Source: Octopus bimaculoides (lineage: Eukaryota). Taken from it: DNA of 36,766 bases. Shown here piece by piece: positions 11,244-22,893 of this stretch; the stretch's first letter is position 1; every line of letters starts with the position of its first letter. The stretch spans positions 55,514,896-55,551,661 of the forward strand of contig NC_068991.1 in assembly GCF_001194135.2 (NCBI RefSeq), read 5' to 3'. Both the position numbers and the translations under genes were made by a program. A model generated the notes under the pieces. That model did not search any database. It saw only the letters and a program-made list of their open reading frames with translations, and was not told the DNA's origin.

Positions 11244-12170
11244 NNNNNNNNNNNNNNNNNNNNNNNNNNNNNNNNNNNNNNNNNNNNNNNNNNNNNNNNN
11301 NNNNNNNNNNNNNNNNNNNNNNNNNNNNNNNNNNNNNNNNNNNNNNNNNNNNNNNNNNNNNNNNNNNNNNNNNNNNNNNNNNNNNNNNNNNNNNNNNNNN
11401 NNNNNNNNNNNNNNNNNNNNNNNNNNNNNNNNNNNNNNNNNNNNNNNNNNNNNNNNNNNNNNNNNNNNNNNNNNNNNNNNNNNNNNNNNNNNNNNNNNNN
11501 NNNNNNNNNNNNNNNNNNNNNNNNNNNNNNNNNNNNNNNNNNNNNNNNNNNNNNNNNNNNNNNNNNNNNNNNNNNNNNNNNNNNNNNNNNNNNNNNNNNN
11601 NNNNNNNNNNNNNNNNNNNNNNNNNNNNNNNNNNNNNNNNNNNNNNNNNNNNNNNNNNNNNNNNNNNNNNNNNNNNNNNNNNNNNNNNNNNNNNNNNNNN
11701 NNNNNNNNNNNNNNNNNNNNNNNNNNNNNNNNNNNNNNNNNNNNNNNNNNNNNNNNNNNNNNNNNNNNNNNNNNNNNNNNNNNNNNNNNNNNNNNNNNNN
11801 NNNNNNNNNNNNNNNNNNNNNNNNNNNNNNNNNNNNNNNNNNNNNNNNNNNNNNNNNNNNNNNNNNNNNNNNNNNNNNNNNNNNNNNNNNNNNNNNNNNN
11901 NNNNNNNNNNNNNNNNNNNNNNNNNNNNNNNNNNNNNNNNNNNNNNNNNNNNNNNNNNNNNNNNNNNNNNNNNNNNNNNNNNNNNNNNNNNNNNNNNNNN
12001 NNNNNNNNNNNNNNNNNNNNNNNNNNNNNNNNNNNNNNNNNNNNNNNNNNNNNNNNNNNNNNNNNNNNNNNNNNNNNNNNNNNNNNNNNNNNNNNNNNNN
12101 NNNNNNNNNNNNNNNNNNNNNNNNNNNNNNNNNNNNNNNNNNNNNNNNNNNNNNNNNNNNNNNNNNNNNN
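11244..12170. other. Assembly gap (N). Other gaps: 4696-4844, 21132-21195, 27460-27760
   Basis: N runs; the long X-rich ORFs in the track are artefacts of these gaps. Confidence 1.
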
Positions 12171-12869
12171 NATGTGAAGTTGTTTTTATGTTCTTCATAG
12201 TGAAATCTATAAATTATTTTTATTTCATTTATTTTGGAGCAATAATCAGGTTTCACTGTGAGTGCCTATGTTGTACTTGAACGAAGGTAACCGTGTGAGC
12301 GAGAAATATATAGATGTCTTATTAGGATGATGACTTTTTTCAAGTCGAGTAAGGCCAATATGGTGTATGCGTGCGAGTAGAAGTAATCGGCTTACCTCGG
12401 TTTCCTTCCTTTGCACGAGTCTGTCCTGCGGTATCCGATCCTCGCAACTAGCCCGACCCGAAGAACACTAGAAATAGCAGCTGCTTCTCCCAACACCTAG
12501 ACGATCGCTTGGCACGTCCTCTCCTCACAACAACCCCGTTCGAAAAGGGCACGAAATCCTGATCGAGACTCCCTCTGCCCTTCTTCCTCTTCCGGTCAGC
12601 TCGCCGTTCCGGTCAGCTCCCCAGTTGCTGACGTCATACCACAGCCAAGGTACCAGGTGGCGAACTTTATGGTATAATGGCAAAAAATCATAATCATTTC
12701 TTTCACAAAAAAACTACCCCACCGATGACAATATATTTGACAACACTTGTACTACGGGACATGCATATATTCTTCAAGTAATAAGACGTACTGTTTTGCA
12801 TTGTTAATGTAATAAATGCAGCCTAATGCAACAGTAGTTTCCAAAGGTTCTTCTTGGTTAAAACAAATC

Positions 12870-14100
12870 GCAGATTTAATTTTTGAGAAGACCGGCAATT
12901 TAATTTCTCATTAATTTTACTGCATCTTCAGCACATATGTTTGAACGCTGATCATCTTGAATTACTGATTTTTCAAGATTCTAATTAACGTTCAAACATT
13001 TACTTGCTTTAGTATACCCAGAAACTGCTTCTGAAAGTTTCTGGTAGGCCATGCTGTCAAACCTTTGGTCACAAAATCACATTTCCATCTAGTTTCTGCT
13101 GATGAAACAACACACATCGTAGAGCTTTTCTCTATTTTGTGGCAGAAGCATGTATGTGAGAATGGCCAAGATTGCTCGTGAATTCCAACGTGCATTGCTA
13201 AGTCTAGGAAGTTTTCTAAATTTAATTTCTAGGAAAATGCTTTGTTGCTGATAAAATCGGAAAGCATGACCAAGTTCAAATGAAAACTTAAGATCATCTC
13301 TCCAACCTGGATTATCATTCATTTGAAGTTTTGTTTCGCCGTGTTTTCATTCTGCCACTAAAGCCTCATAGTTTTTCATTAAATCGTCTCTGAACGGATA
13401 TGATATATTTAGTGATGCAGTTTTTCCTTTCAGTGTATCATCCATCACATGTTTTAGGAGACGGTCTAACACATGATGTTGGCAACCAATGTATTGAGGT
13501 GCGGGATATCGACGCTTTACAAATTCGTTCTGAAGTTGAATGACCACTCCTGTATTTACACTACATGTGTTTGTGATGAGCATTTTGATCGCTGGCCACA
13601 GTTCGTAATCATCCAAAACTTCCTTTAGTCATTGAAAAATGGTATCTGCTCTGCCATTTTTCAGAGTTAGTGCTGCTAATCTAATTTCTCTTGTGTTGTT
13701 TTTCACAACAACTTGTCTTTCTTTACCTTTCATAACCTTTCCATTAAAACGGAGCACCCACTGATTATTTTTAAAAGTTTCTCTTAGTTCCTGCGTCATC
13801 GTTGCAGCCTCTCTCATAGCAGCTTTGTACACTCCTGACTGTGACGGAATGGAGCGAAGTACTCCTTCCTCTCTCAGCTGTTTGCAGACGTTGGCTGCTT
13901 TATGACTGCTTCAATTCTTCTGCTTTTTTTTTTCAGCAAGTTCATTGCTTTCTGAGTTGAGTGATGTTGTTTTAGAGGTGGCAACTCGTTAGTCTATTGG
14001 TAATGTGATTTCATCTGCAGAATCAGAAGTAGGAGTTTCTGATGATGATGATGATGTATCTGCAAGAAGTTGGGTACATATTACTGGCATCAATGCATAC
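12870..14100 (-). mobile_element. Degenerate hAT-superfamily-like (hATm/hATx-type) transposase
   Basis: Fragmented frames give RFNGK (~xDGK), TNTCSVNTG (~DTTxxNTG), IGCQHHVLD (CxxH), LSNARWNSRAI (RW) and CAEDAVKLM (~NDxAERxVKL), with stops and frameshifts. Confidence 0.7.
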
Positions 14101-14851
14101 AAAAAAATTTTGTGTAATATTTGAGAATTTTTTAGCGCGTTACTTTATCTGCTTCAGCATATGGGAGAAACGCTTGTGAAGTTAAAACTGACACTCTTGA
14201 CGCGGAAAGTGTTCACTTTGAAGGATGAACCATAGCTAACCGAGATTTGGTGTAGCCAGTTATATCACCACTTTGAATTTGTTTACTGTAAAATTATTTG
14301 TCTTCTTTAGATAACCAGCTACCATATTGATTAGTAATGTCAAACAAATCTTCAAAATTTTTACCTAGTTCGGACGTTTAAAATGGATATCGTACCTTGT
14401 CAACAGAGTATTTACTTTCCTTACAATAGACTTTAATGTTATATACGAGAAAGTAAATTTTTTTCCATAGATTTTCTAGTTCCTGAGCAATGAGCTGATT
14501 TTTTGCATGTCTGGATGTTTAAACTTTTACTAATGCATTATACCTTCCAGTGATGCTGGATTTTCTGGGGATTCTAGTTAGTTCAGTCAGCTCATGTTTC
14601 ACATTCGGTATTATTCTTCGCTTTTTAACAGACTTTTCAAAGTTAGTAAATTTTTTTTGCCACTTTTTCTTGTTTACTGCAGCTGTTTGACTTACTGCTT
14701 AAATGACATGATTGATGTTTTTATTTCACCGATTAAAGCAACATATTTTAATATCTGTAATAGGGTTAGGTTAGGGTTTTTTCAGCTACTATTTTCGGAA
14801 AGACATTTTTTCCCCCTCCCCTCCAATTTCTTCATTTTTCACATTTTTCCG

Positions 14852-15048
14852 TAACTCTAACCCTAAAATTCCAACCCTAACCCTAACTCTAAAACCCCAA
14901 CCCTAACTTTAAAACCCTAACCCTAAAACCCTAACCCTAATCTAACCCTAAAACCCCAACCCTAACTCTAAAACCCTATCCCTAACCCTAAAACCCTAAC
15001 CCTGACCTTAAAACCCTCACCCTAACCCTAACACCCTAAAGCTAAAAC
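14852..15048. repeat. Interstitial telomere-like array (CCCTAA with variants such as CCCTAAAA and CTCTAA)
   Basis: Direct reading; a further TAGGGTTAGGTTAGGG lies at ~14761-14776. Confidence 0.9.
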
Positions 15049-15479
15049 CAGTACAAACGCACGAACGATGTCATAAATAACAGTGACAAACGAAATATAT
15101 ACCGCTGATAGTTGTTGTTGACAAACAACGGCAGTGATTTTATTCAAGGGAAAAGATCCCAAAATAGGCAATTTCGAAAACGCTAAAACAAAGCGAAAAT
15201 ACTTTCACAAACAAATTAAACTGAAAATTTTTTAAAAAATAACTAATAACTGAATTGATTAAACTATACACACGTGTATCTCAAATGTAAATATATCAGA
15301 AATAACAGTGACAAACTAAATATACACCACCGGAACATCTTGTTGACAAACCACAGCAATAATTGTTTTCACCTCAATAGACGTCATTAATTGGTTGAAC
15401 TTACCGAAATACAACTTTAACACGAAATAACTTCGAAAATAAACAATTTTCTTCAAAATGCCAAGAGTAAATGATGTTT

Positions 15480-15570
15480 TAAATGACACATTCTACCAGT
15501 ATACGAAATTTGAAAGTGTTTAGTTACAAAAAATTATTTTTTCTATGTGCCGGTCAAAAGGAAAAGATCC
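15480..15570 (-). mobile_element. Transposon terminus related to the 4367-5011 MITE
   Basis: The reverse complement reads GGATCTTTT...aaacactttcaaa.tt...actggtagaatgtgtc, matching the MITE's left end. It lies upstream of the hAT-like transposase in the coding orientation. Confidence 0.7.
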
Positions 15571-16618
15571 GGGGGGGGGGGAGTGTTTGAAAATTTTTTA
15601 AAAAACGAACTGCTAGTCACTGTTTTCTCATCATTTCTCATAACAAGTCACCCTGGCTATGTTCAATGTCAGAAAAAAAAAAAACTTTAAAAGTCATTAC
15701 CCTAATGTTTTATAGGTTTTGATTGAGTAAAGCAGACAAGATCTGAAAGCGACTACATATAATATTTCATTTGAATATTGTAAATATATAAACGGATGGA
15801 AAAATAAATTCTATTGACATTAAAAATTCAATGTGTTACAAAGATGACAACCCTCACGATTCGTTATCCTCTCAGCTGGTTATGCAAATATATTATTTTG
15901 TTTTCACATAAAAATGAGACAGAGTAGGTTTAAAAACAATTACCAGCTTTAGAGAATTCCGGTTGCCCTATTATTTGTTCTATTAATTTACTGTTCAAAT
16001 TGCGCTGATGGGTTTTCTATTCATCCCCTCAGTACCAGTAAAATAAGTCTCAGTAAATTATTCACTATAACTGTTTTACTGCAGACATCGATACCCTCAT
16101 TGGCTTATCACAATTCAATAATCTTACTAAAACCTGTAAAATAGTAAAAAGAAATACATTACAAATTATTTTTGGTTCTCAATGAATTGTTGATGAATGG
16201 TACTAGATATGACTGTATTTACATTTTCATTTTGTGCTCCGCATTGCTTCGCCTTATTCATACATTTCATTCATTAAATTTGCGACTTCAATGAAATTTA
16301 TTGCATTTTTATTTCAAAACGTAGATTTATACCAATGGACTTCACTACGTAGACCACAAACAACCTCCTCCTGTTCTTTATAAGGTGACCGTCATGGCAG
16401 TTTGGGGAAAAGCTCTTCTCACAACTATTGAAATCAAGTAAAGCTTTTTCTTCGATACTACCTAGATTTGTAGTTAGGGACGGAAAATTTGTCGTTAATA
16501 TAGTACAATATATGCACACGCATGCACAAAAACACACTCGAATGTAAATATTTTTACTCTCTTTCCCACTCACTCACTCACTCACTCACTCACACACACA
16601 CACACGCACACACACATA

Positions 16619-16651
<33 letters not shown>

Positions 16652-16863
16652 ACAGACACACATACATATGTATTTTTATTAACGGTTGTTATATGCCAAG
16701 TTATCCACCGAAAGAATTTCACATTACCTTCAAGGATCACTCAAGACTTAGTGGAGCACATATTTAATGTATATTTCGTAGGAAAAGGTGGAGAGGGATT
16801 TCACAGTTCCAACTTATTAGCGGTTATTAGATCAGTATATACTGTAGTTTTTAAAACTTTATA

Positions 16864-18033
16864 CATGGTGGTGCAAAAATAGGCTTACAGTTGTATAGTT
16901 GTATATTTTATTATTTCTTTTTATTTGAAAAAAAAAAAAAAACATGGTACAGTGTTAGCCCAAAATGTCCGCCCTGAACATTGACACATTCTTTGAGTGT
17001 ATCAGCCACACTACGGCACACACGACGGCACAAGTCCAGGTCAGTGTTGATTTCCAGACAGGCTTCTGTAATGAACCCACGTAGTTGAGGCAGAGTGCGT
17101 GGTCTTCTCTGGAATACCTTCTCTTTCACATCTCAGAAAAAAATCTATGAGCGTTAGATCTGGGACGGCCATTCAATACTCCCACGTCACCCAATTCACC
17201 TCCCTGGTAACATTTATGCACACGAACTGCATAATACGGTGGTGTCCCATCTCGTGAGAATAACATATTACCAAAGTTGGGCACGACCTCCTTGCGCAAA
17301 ATTTCAAGGTAGTTGAAAATGGCAGGCTGAAAGATTCCTGAACACGACAAATCTGCCCAAACAGTGACACCTGGCTAATTGATCTTAGTTGTCGGTGTTA
17401 GGTGGGGGGATTTGTCATATCAGTAAGTACAGTTATGTCAGTTGACATGACTTGATAACAGGCCTTATCCGACAAAACAATCTTGTCAACGAATTGCGGG
17501 TTTTCACGAATCTCATTCCGCATGACTTCTGCGAACTCCACACGACGATCTGGATCATCCTCTGTTATGTGTTGCAGGTGTCTAGGTCGGTATGATTTGA
17601 AGTTCATTGTTTTCATAAAACGGCCGAGGGGCCTTCCTGAGATGCCCAACTCAGCCGATGCTCGTCTGGTAGATTTCTTAGGGCTATTCACAAATGTCAA
17701 TGCTACCTGCATTGAGTTTGTCTTAGTGGTAGCAGTTCGAGGACGTCTGGATTTCGTGGAGTTCTTTACTGAACCTGTCTCTTCGAAGTTGTGTCATAAT
17801 TTGTAAATCACCTGTCATGAAGGCGGCACAGTGTGAAAGGTTTCTGTCCACTTCTGGCGCACTGTTTCCGCATTTTCAAATTTCCAATAATTATTTAGGA
17901 GCCACTTTCTTACTTCGTCTGTCAGCTTGCTCGCCATTATGCTTCACTGTCATGTAAAAATAAAGATATACAACTCTTAGCCTACTTTTGCAATAAAAAT
18001 ATACAACTTTAAGCCTACTTTTGCACCATCCTG
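16864..18033 (-). mobile_element. Tc1/mariner element, maT (DD37D)-like, near full length, disabled
   Basis: TIRs ca(t/g)g.tggtgcaaaa.taggctta.agttgtat with TA flanks. The transposase starts at ATG 17937 (MASKLTDEVRKW..., KSTRRASAELGIS, DDPDRRVEFA, RDGTPP, R(W)V...RP.S, C-terminal GGHF) and has stops and frameshifts. Confidence 0.88.
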
Positions 18034-18638
18034 TATATATTATTCTTTGCAGGGTGTTCCCTTGTCCGTTAGCGTCATGTAAATAAAAAGTAGCAAGAAT
18101 GCAGGCAAACAGGAGACATGGTTAGGATGGAGACGAACAGAAGTGAAGTTTATGAGTGTATGGTGTTGGTAGAGAGGAAGGGATGGTGCTGATAGTTTTT
18201 GCGTTTGATGAAGAAAGTTTGTGTTTGTTTCGATTTATCCTACAAGTTACACAACGGAATAAACATTTATAACCATTCATAAAGTACTCAGGTCAAAATT
18301 TGTGTCACTTGAAGCTTTCTTATGGCTGATCCAGAATGTTTGTATATAGTATGGTGAAGGGCTATTTTGGGCTTCACAAAGAATATTTATAAATTACGAC
18401 AATACAATTTGCCACAAAGCGTAGGTGAGAGAGTGGTTAAAGTTGGTGTTGGGATTAAATACTGTCATTTAAAAAAAATTTAATTGTTTTTTTTAAAATT
18501 TACATGCACTGTCTACGAGGTCTGGAATGAATATTTGCATTATTGAATTTTGAATTAGAAGCCGCTCTAATTATGTAAACGTTACCGAGGTCACATAATG
18601 CATGTTTTGTTTATGTGCTTAGTAGCTGCGAGATTCCT

Positions 18639-19145
18639 CCAGGAAAAGTCCCTTTAAGATGTCGAATGTTACAAAACTCTGATTCCCGTACAGGTCGATT
18701 CGTTTGTCCTGGTTTGAGGTATTCAAAGTTCTTTTAATATTCGACGTCTTAAAGGGACTTGCCCCTGGACGAATAATAAGCATATCAACAAAATACATAC
18801 ATTAAGTATGTGACATCGATTATGTTTACATCGTCAGGGCTGCTTCTAATTTAAAATTCAATTTTGCTTTACTTGTGGGGTGCTGTTACACATCAGCAGA
18901 CAGATTTTATGCTATCTGCATATATACCTCAAACCAGTGATTTGAATCCGCTTCGGAGTGACTCGGATATACGGTGTCGATATCTTGAAATAACAGAGAT
19001 ATCCACTGCTCTCATTCACCTACAGAGTGATTCGTTTCCCTTGGTTTGAGATATTCCGTGTTATTTTTTAACCACCGATTTTAAAGGAACTTTTCTGTGG
19101 ACGAATACTGCAGCTAACACATTCATTAAGTATGTAACATTGGCA
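18639..19145. repeat. Unclassified element with nested inverted and direct repeats
   Basis: IR at 18639-18671 / 18735-18769. Motif gattcgtttgtcctggtttgaggt (~18697-18721) appears reversed at ~18925-18947 and direct again at ~19029-19052. A direct repeat links ~18690-18820 and ~19015-19145. Confidence 0.65.
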
Positions 19146-19479
19146 ATGAATATTTAATATTTTTACTTAACACGTTTAGGCAGGCTCAGACGCCAAATGT
19201 ATTAGGAGCTTTAGTTGATGGCATGGGAGAATAGCTTCACCCTTTTAATATAAGACTGTGTTCAACACACTCGTCTCATTGGGGCCCGACTTTCTGGGAC
19301 AATTGACTTTCGATATGTTGTGTCTCGTCAGGCAGAAGGAACTGAGACTAACCAAAGCCACTGACTTTTTAAAAAATACTTTCGATGAACAAATTGTTTG
19401 CTACTCAGGGCTTATATCTGCCAATCGATAGATAAAATCTGTTTGCATCACCTTCATTAAGTTTCTTCATAAACGTTGT

Positions 19480-20070
19480 ACATCGGACATTTAAAAATTA
19501 GTCTGACGAGAAAAAAGTATGACTACCTTTAAGAAAGTTATCCCCTGCCGAACACGAAAAAATATAGTAATTATATTCTGCCTAAGAAGCCAGTTGACAT
19601 TTGTTTCAATGAGACAGTCAATATTTTATCGAAAATTTTTAGTGACGGAAGTTCCCTGTTCAATACTCGCTGGCAATGTTTAAATTTGATAAAAAAATAG
19701 AAAAAAAATTTCGTCACCTATGCCGGAGTTGTTAACAGAGTATGTAAAAAATTAAAATTAACTGAATCAACCCTGGACATGTTCAAACGATTAATTTTTG
19801 TTCAAAGGCTTACTACATGCAAAGATGCAGATACACGTTCCCGGATATTAATAAAATTAGAACAGGACCAAATTTTAACTCTACATGTAGGAGCAGAAGA
19901 ATGCCAGAGGATCATAAATCTATGACATGACGCAGATAAAATTGAAGAAAACGATTGCTCTCATATCCATACGTGTCGAACGGTAACAGATAAGAAAAAA
20001 GAGAAAGATGTCAAGACTGAATCCATGTTGTGGATGCGATAGTCTACATTTTAAAAGTAACTGTTCGCTA
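19480..20070 (+). mobile_element. Ty3/gypsy gag fragment
   Basis: RKLSPAEHEKYSNYILPKKP...RWQCLNL...TYAGVVNR...DMFK.LIFV..LT..KDADTRSRIL.KLEQDQ.LTL..AEECQRIINL. Near-collinear with 32920-33450. Confidence 0.85.
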
Positions 20071-20079
20071 GATTCAGTA

Positions 20080-20720
20080 AGTGGCTTATTGAACCTTTGT
20101 CGCATTTTACTATTGTTTATGCGATGCACAAGCTGGTCTAAATTAACAGAGTTAGCGTAGGACACCTTCACGGTGTATCGATTAAAAATAGCATGATACC
20201 GATTAGATTTTGGAAAACATTTGTCCAAAGCAGCAAAATGTTTCCAGCGATCTTGATTGAAACATGCGAACCGAAAATCGGGCTAAACCAGAGGACATCC
20301 TGATTCCTATATCTGTTGTTAGGCTTATTTGATTGAGCAGTGTTACAAGCAGTTGGGTTATTATGTCGCATGGTAGTTCATTGTCTTGACCAATTCTTCT
20401 TGGCCCGTATTCTCTATCTGAGTGAGTTCTCAATCCGTGACGTTGTGATGGTGTACAATGTGTATTACAATTGGAGGAATTACCAGTGTTGCGCATACCT
20501 TCTTGCTGTATATATTGAATTTTTTCACGCTACCCAGCAGCATTATAAGTTGCATGTGATTCGAAAATTTTATTAATAGCTGATAATCTAGAAATTCTTG
20601 TAGAAATATTCTTAAGTAATCCCCGTATTATCGAGGGTGAATGGTTCGATGCTACATTCATCTACTTAATATGATCATTTGGCTCATGAAATGGTTCAAA
20701 TAATCCAGTATCAAGACAGA
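20080..20720 (-). mobile_element. Penelope-like retroelement, RT C-terminal/linker fragment
   Basis: VLWFSP.FG..VS.KI, DKCFPKSNRYHAIFNRYTVKVSYANS.NL.Q.V.RINN resembles the PLE motif WFNPP...DKHFP...KIFNR.TVKVSYSC..N. Frameshifted. Confidence 0.75.
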
Positions 20721-20758
20721 CGGTAGCGTCAAGAAAATTCACTCTACGATAATAGATG

Positions 20759-21437
20759 CAGGCGTGGCTGTGGTGGTAAGAAGCTTGCTTCCCAATCACA
20801 TGGTTGCGGGTTCAATCTCACCGCATGACACCTTGGGCAATGTCTACTAGAGCCTCGAGCTGACCAAAACCTTGTGAGTGGATTTGGTGGACAGAAACTG
20901 AAAGAAGCCTGTAACTACACGTGGGCAGTTGGCGATGTTTTCCTCTTTCCTCCTTTTCTTTTGGACTTTTTTATGCCTCCTGTTTCCGAGGAGTAGCTTT
21001 GCTCGAAACGTAAAGAACCACCCTTTCTTTCCTTCTCTAAGCGTCTTAGTAATACCTTGTATGTACCACATCTTCACGTTGTTGTTTGTTCATGTAGTCT
21101 TTTGTTTTGTTTTATTTTTTGATTATATATANNNNNNNNNNNNNNNNNNNNNNNNNNNNNNNNNNNNNNNNNNNNNNNNNNNNNNNNNNNNNNNNTATAT
21201 ATATATATATATATATATTTGTGTATTTGTGTCTGTGTTTGTCCCTCCACCAAAGCTTGACAACTAATGTTGGTGTGTTTAGGTCCCCGTAACTTAGCGG
21301 TTCAGCAAAAGTGACCGATAGAATAAGTACCAAGCTTACAAAGAATAAGTCCTGGGTCGAATTCTTCGTCGATAAAGGCAGTGCTCCAGCATGGCCACAG
21401 TAAAAAATTACTGAAACAAGTAAAAGAATAAAAGAAT
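20759..21437 (+). mobile_element. tRNA-derived SINE (octopus-type) with central microsatellite and gap
   Basis: 5' part: ggcgtggctgtggtggtaagaagcttgcttcccaa.cacatggtt.cgggttcaa (A/B-box-like) and gccttgtgagtggatttggt.gac.gaaactgaaagaagcc. 3' part: gatagaataagtacca...gtgctccagcatggcc.cagt...actgaaacaagtaaaagaataaaagaat. Confidence 0.85.
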
Positions 21438-22283
21438 GTGCATACATATAGTCTTGTCTCAGAGCCGCACGGCCTTCATTTTGTGTATATTGTATATTTA
21501 TTTTGTTTGTATCTCTCCATTTATATTCGCTCCCACTTCCTGTGTTGTGTTTGCTTTCGTTTCTCTCAACGTTCGCTCACTATTCTCAACAGCTTTTCGC
21601 TGTTGACGCGCACAAGTTATGAACAATGTTATCGTGGAAGTATAATGACTATTGGACGATAACTGACGAAGAATGAGCATGTCTTGAGTGTGAATTTTCT
21701 GTTCGTTCCTTTGTTGTGCTTCTGTTTAATTTTTGGAACTTACTATTTTATATAACGTCATCCACCCATCTTATTGTTGTCCTATAGAGCAGTAAATTTT
21801 TGTGCGTCACCACTTTCTTTCTCTTTCCTCTTCCTTTCCCACCTTCTTTCAGTCACCTGATTTCTGTCTCTCAGCCCGCCACCACTTCTTTTCTCTCCCC
21901 TCACTACTATTCCCATTTCTCTGTCCAACTTCCTTTTTTCACTTGATCACTGACTTGTTCAGTCACGCTTTTGAATTAGAAATTCTTCAGACAAAGAAAT
22001 TAAATAACAAAAACTTTACATTTCGGTGAGGCGTTTGTATTCTGTTATTTAGTTAGTAATCAGTTTTGGTGAGGGAAGAAAAAATATATATAATTAATAA
22101 AAACAGCTGTTTGCAAAGTTATGCCGTAAAGGAAAATTATAGTCGTCAACTAAACTTGACTAAGGATTTGAATAACACCTACATTGCCAGAAATAGGAGT
22201 TAAAATGCACCAATGCTGTCACAAAACACGTAACATATACTCTGATAGGGCCTGCAAGCGCTCCGAACACCGAACAGAAAATT

Positions 22284-22335
22284 CTTTAGACTAACCGGTC
22301 AGTTTCGGCTATTTCCGTAGCCATCCTCAGTAAGG
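22284..22335 (-). ncRNA. Type I hammerhead ribozyme motif
   Basis: Minus strand: CCUUA-CUGAGGA-U-GGCUA cggaaa UAGCC-GAAA-CUG ACCGGU UAG-UC-UAAAG. It has the core, stem II, stem III with a palindromic loop, a GUC site, and 4 of 5 pairs in stem I. Confidence 0.75.
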
Positions 22336-22382
22336 CCAGCTAGCGATAGGCGAGCTAACCCAGAATCAACCGAACGAGTTGG

Positions 22383-22434
22383 CCTTACTGAAGATGGTTA
22401 CGGAAATAGCCGAAACTTACCGGTCAGTCAAAGG
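22383..22434 (+). ncRNA. Type I hammerhead ribozyme motif
   Basis: CCUUA-CUGAAGA-U-GGUUA cggaaa UAGCC-GAAA-CUU ACCGGU CAG-UC-AAAGG, with predicted cleavage after 22429. The first stem I pair is an A.A mismatch. Confidence 0.7.
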
Positions 22435-22664
22435 AATTCTCGGTTCGGTATTGGACTCGAATGCCACACCCATCAGAGTATGTTATGTGCTTTGTAACTG
22501 CATTGGAGAATTTTCGCTCCTGTTTCTAGCAATGTAGGGGGTTATCCACATCCTTGGTCAAGTTCAGTTGACGACTATAATTTTCCTGTTTTTATTATTT
22601 TTGGTATACTCATTAGCGATCTGCTAAATCATCCATAGATTTTTATGGTGAATATATATACTCT

Positions 22665-22849
22665 GAAAGGTGAGCTAACCTGGAATCAACCGAACGAGCT
22701 GGTTACGAAAATAGCCGGAACTAGCCGGTCAGTGTAAGGTGTTCGGGGTGATTGCAACCCCTATCAGAATATGTTATGTGCTTTGTAACAGCATTGGAGC
22801 ATTTTAGCTCCTATTTCTAGCAATGTAGATGTTATTCACACTCTATTCA

Positions 22850-22853
<4 letters not shown>
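22665..22853 (+). repeat. Deleted extra copy of the foldback's centre and right arm
   Basis: Matches ~22344-22565 but lacks ccttactgaagatgg, the hammerhead core. Confidence 0.8.

Positions 22854-22893
<40 letters not shown>

Larger units (their letters stand above)
22130..22587. mobile_element. Foldback element carrying two oppositely oriented hammerhead motifs (PLE-terminal-repeat/retrozyme-like)
   Basis: Arms 22130-~22343 and ~22376-22587 are reverse complements (aggaaaattatagtcgtcaact / agttgacgactataattttcct). Confidence 0.85.

Noticed and set aside
11194-12280. Long ORFs of 330-350 aa (also 4624-4975, 20929-21447, 27397-27909)
   Set aside because: Artefacts of N gaps and (TA)n or other microsatellite translation.
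12290-12670. GC-rich segment ending in a PBS-like GTGGCGAAC
   Set aside because: No TG...CA boundaries or gag downstream. Left unclassified.
14852-15048. True telomere or chromosome end
   Set aside because: Short, variant-rich, internal and embedded in a transposon.
21945-21985. Hammerhead-like ttgatca-ctgac..gtca after a pyrimidine-rich tract
   Set aside because: The core is mutated and there is no GAAA.
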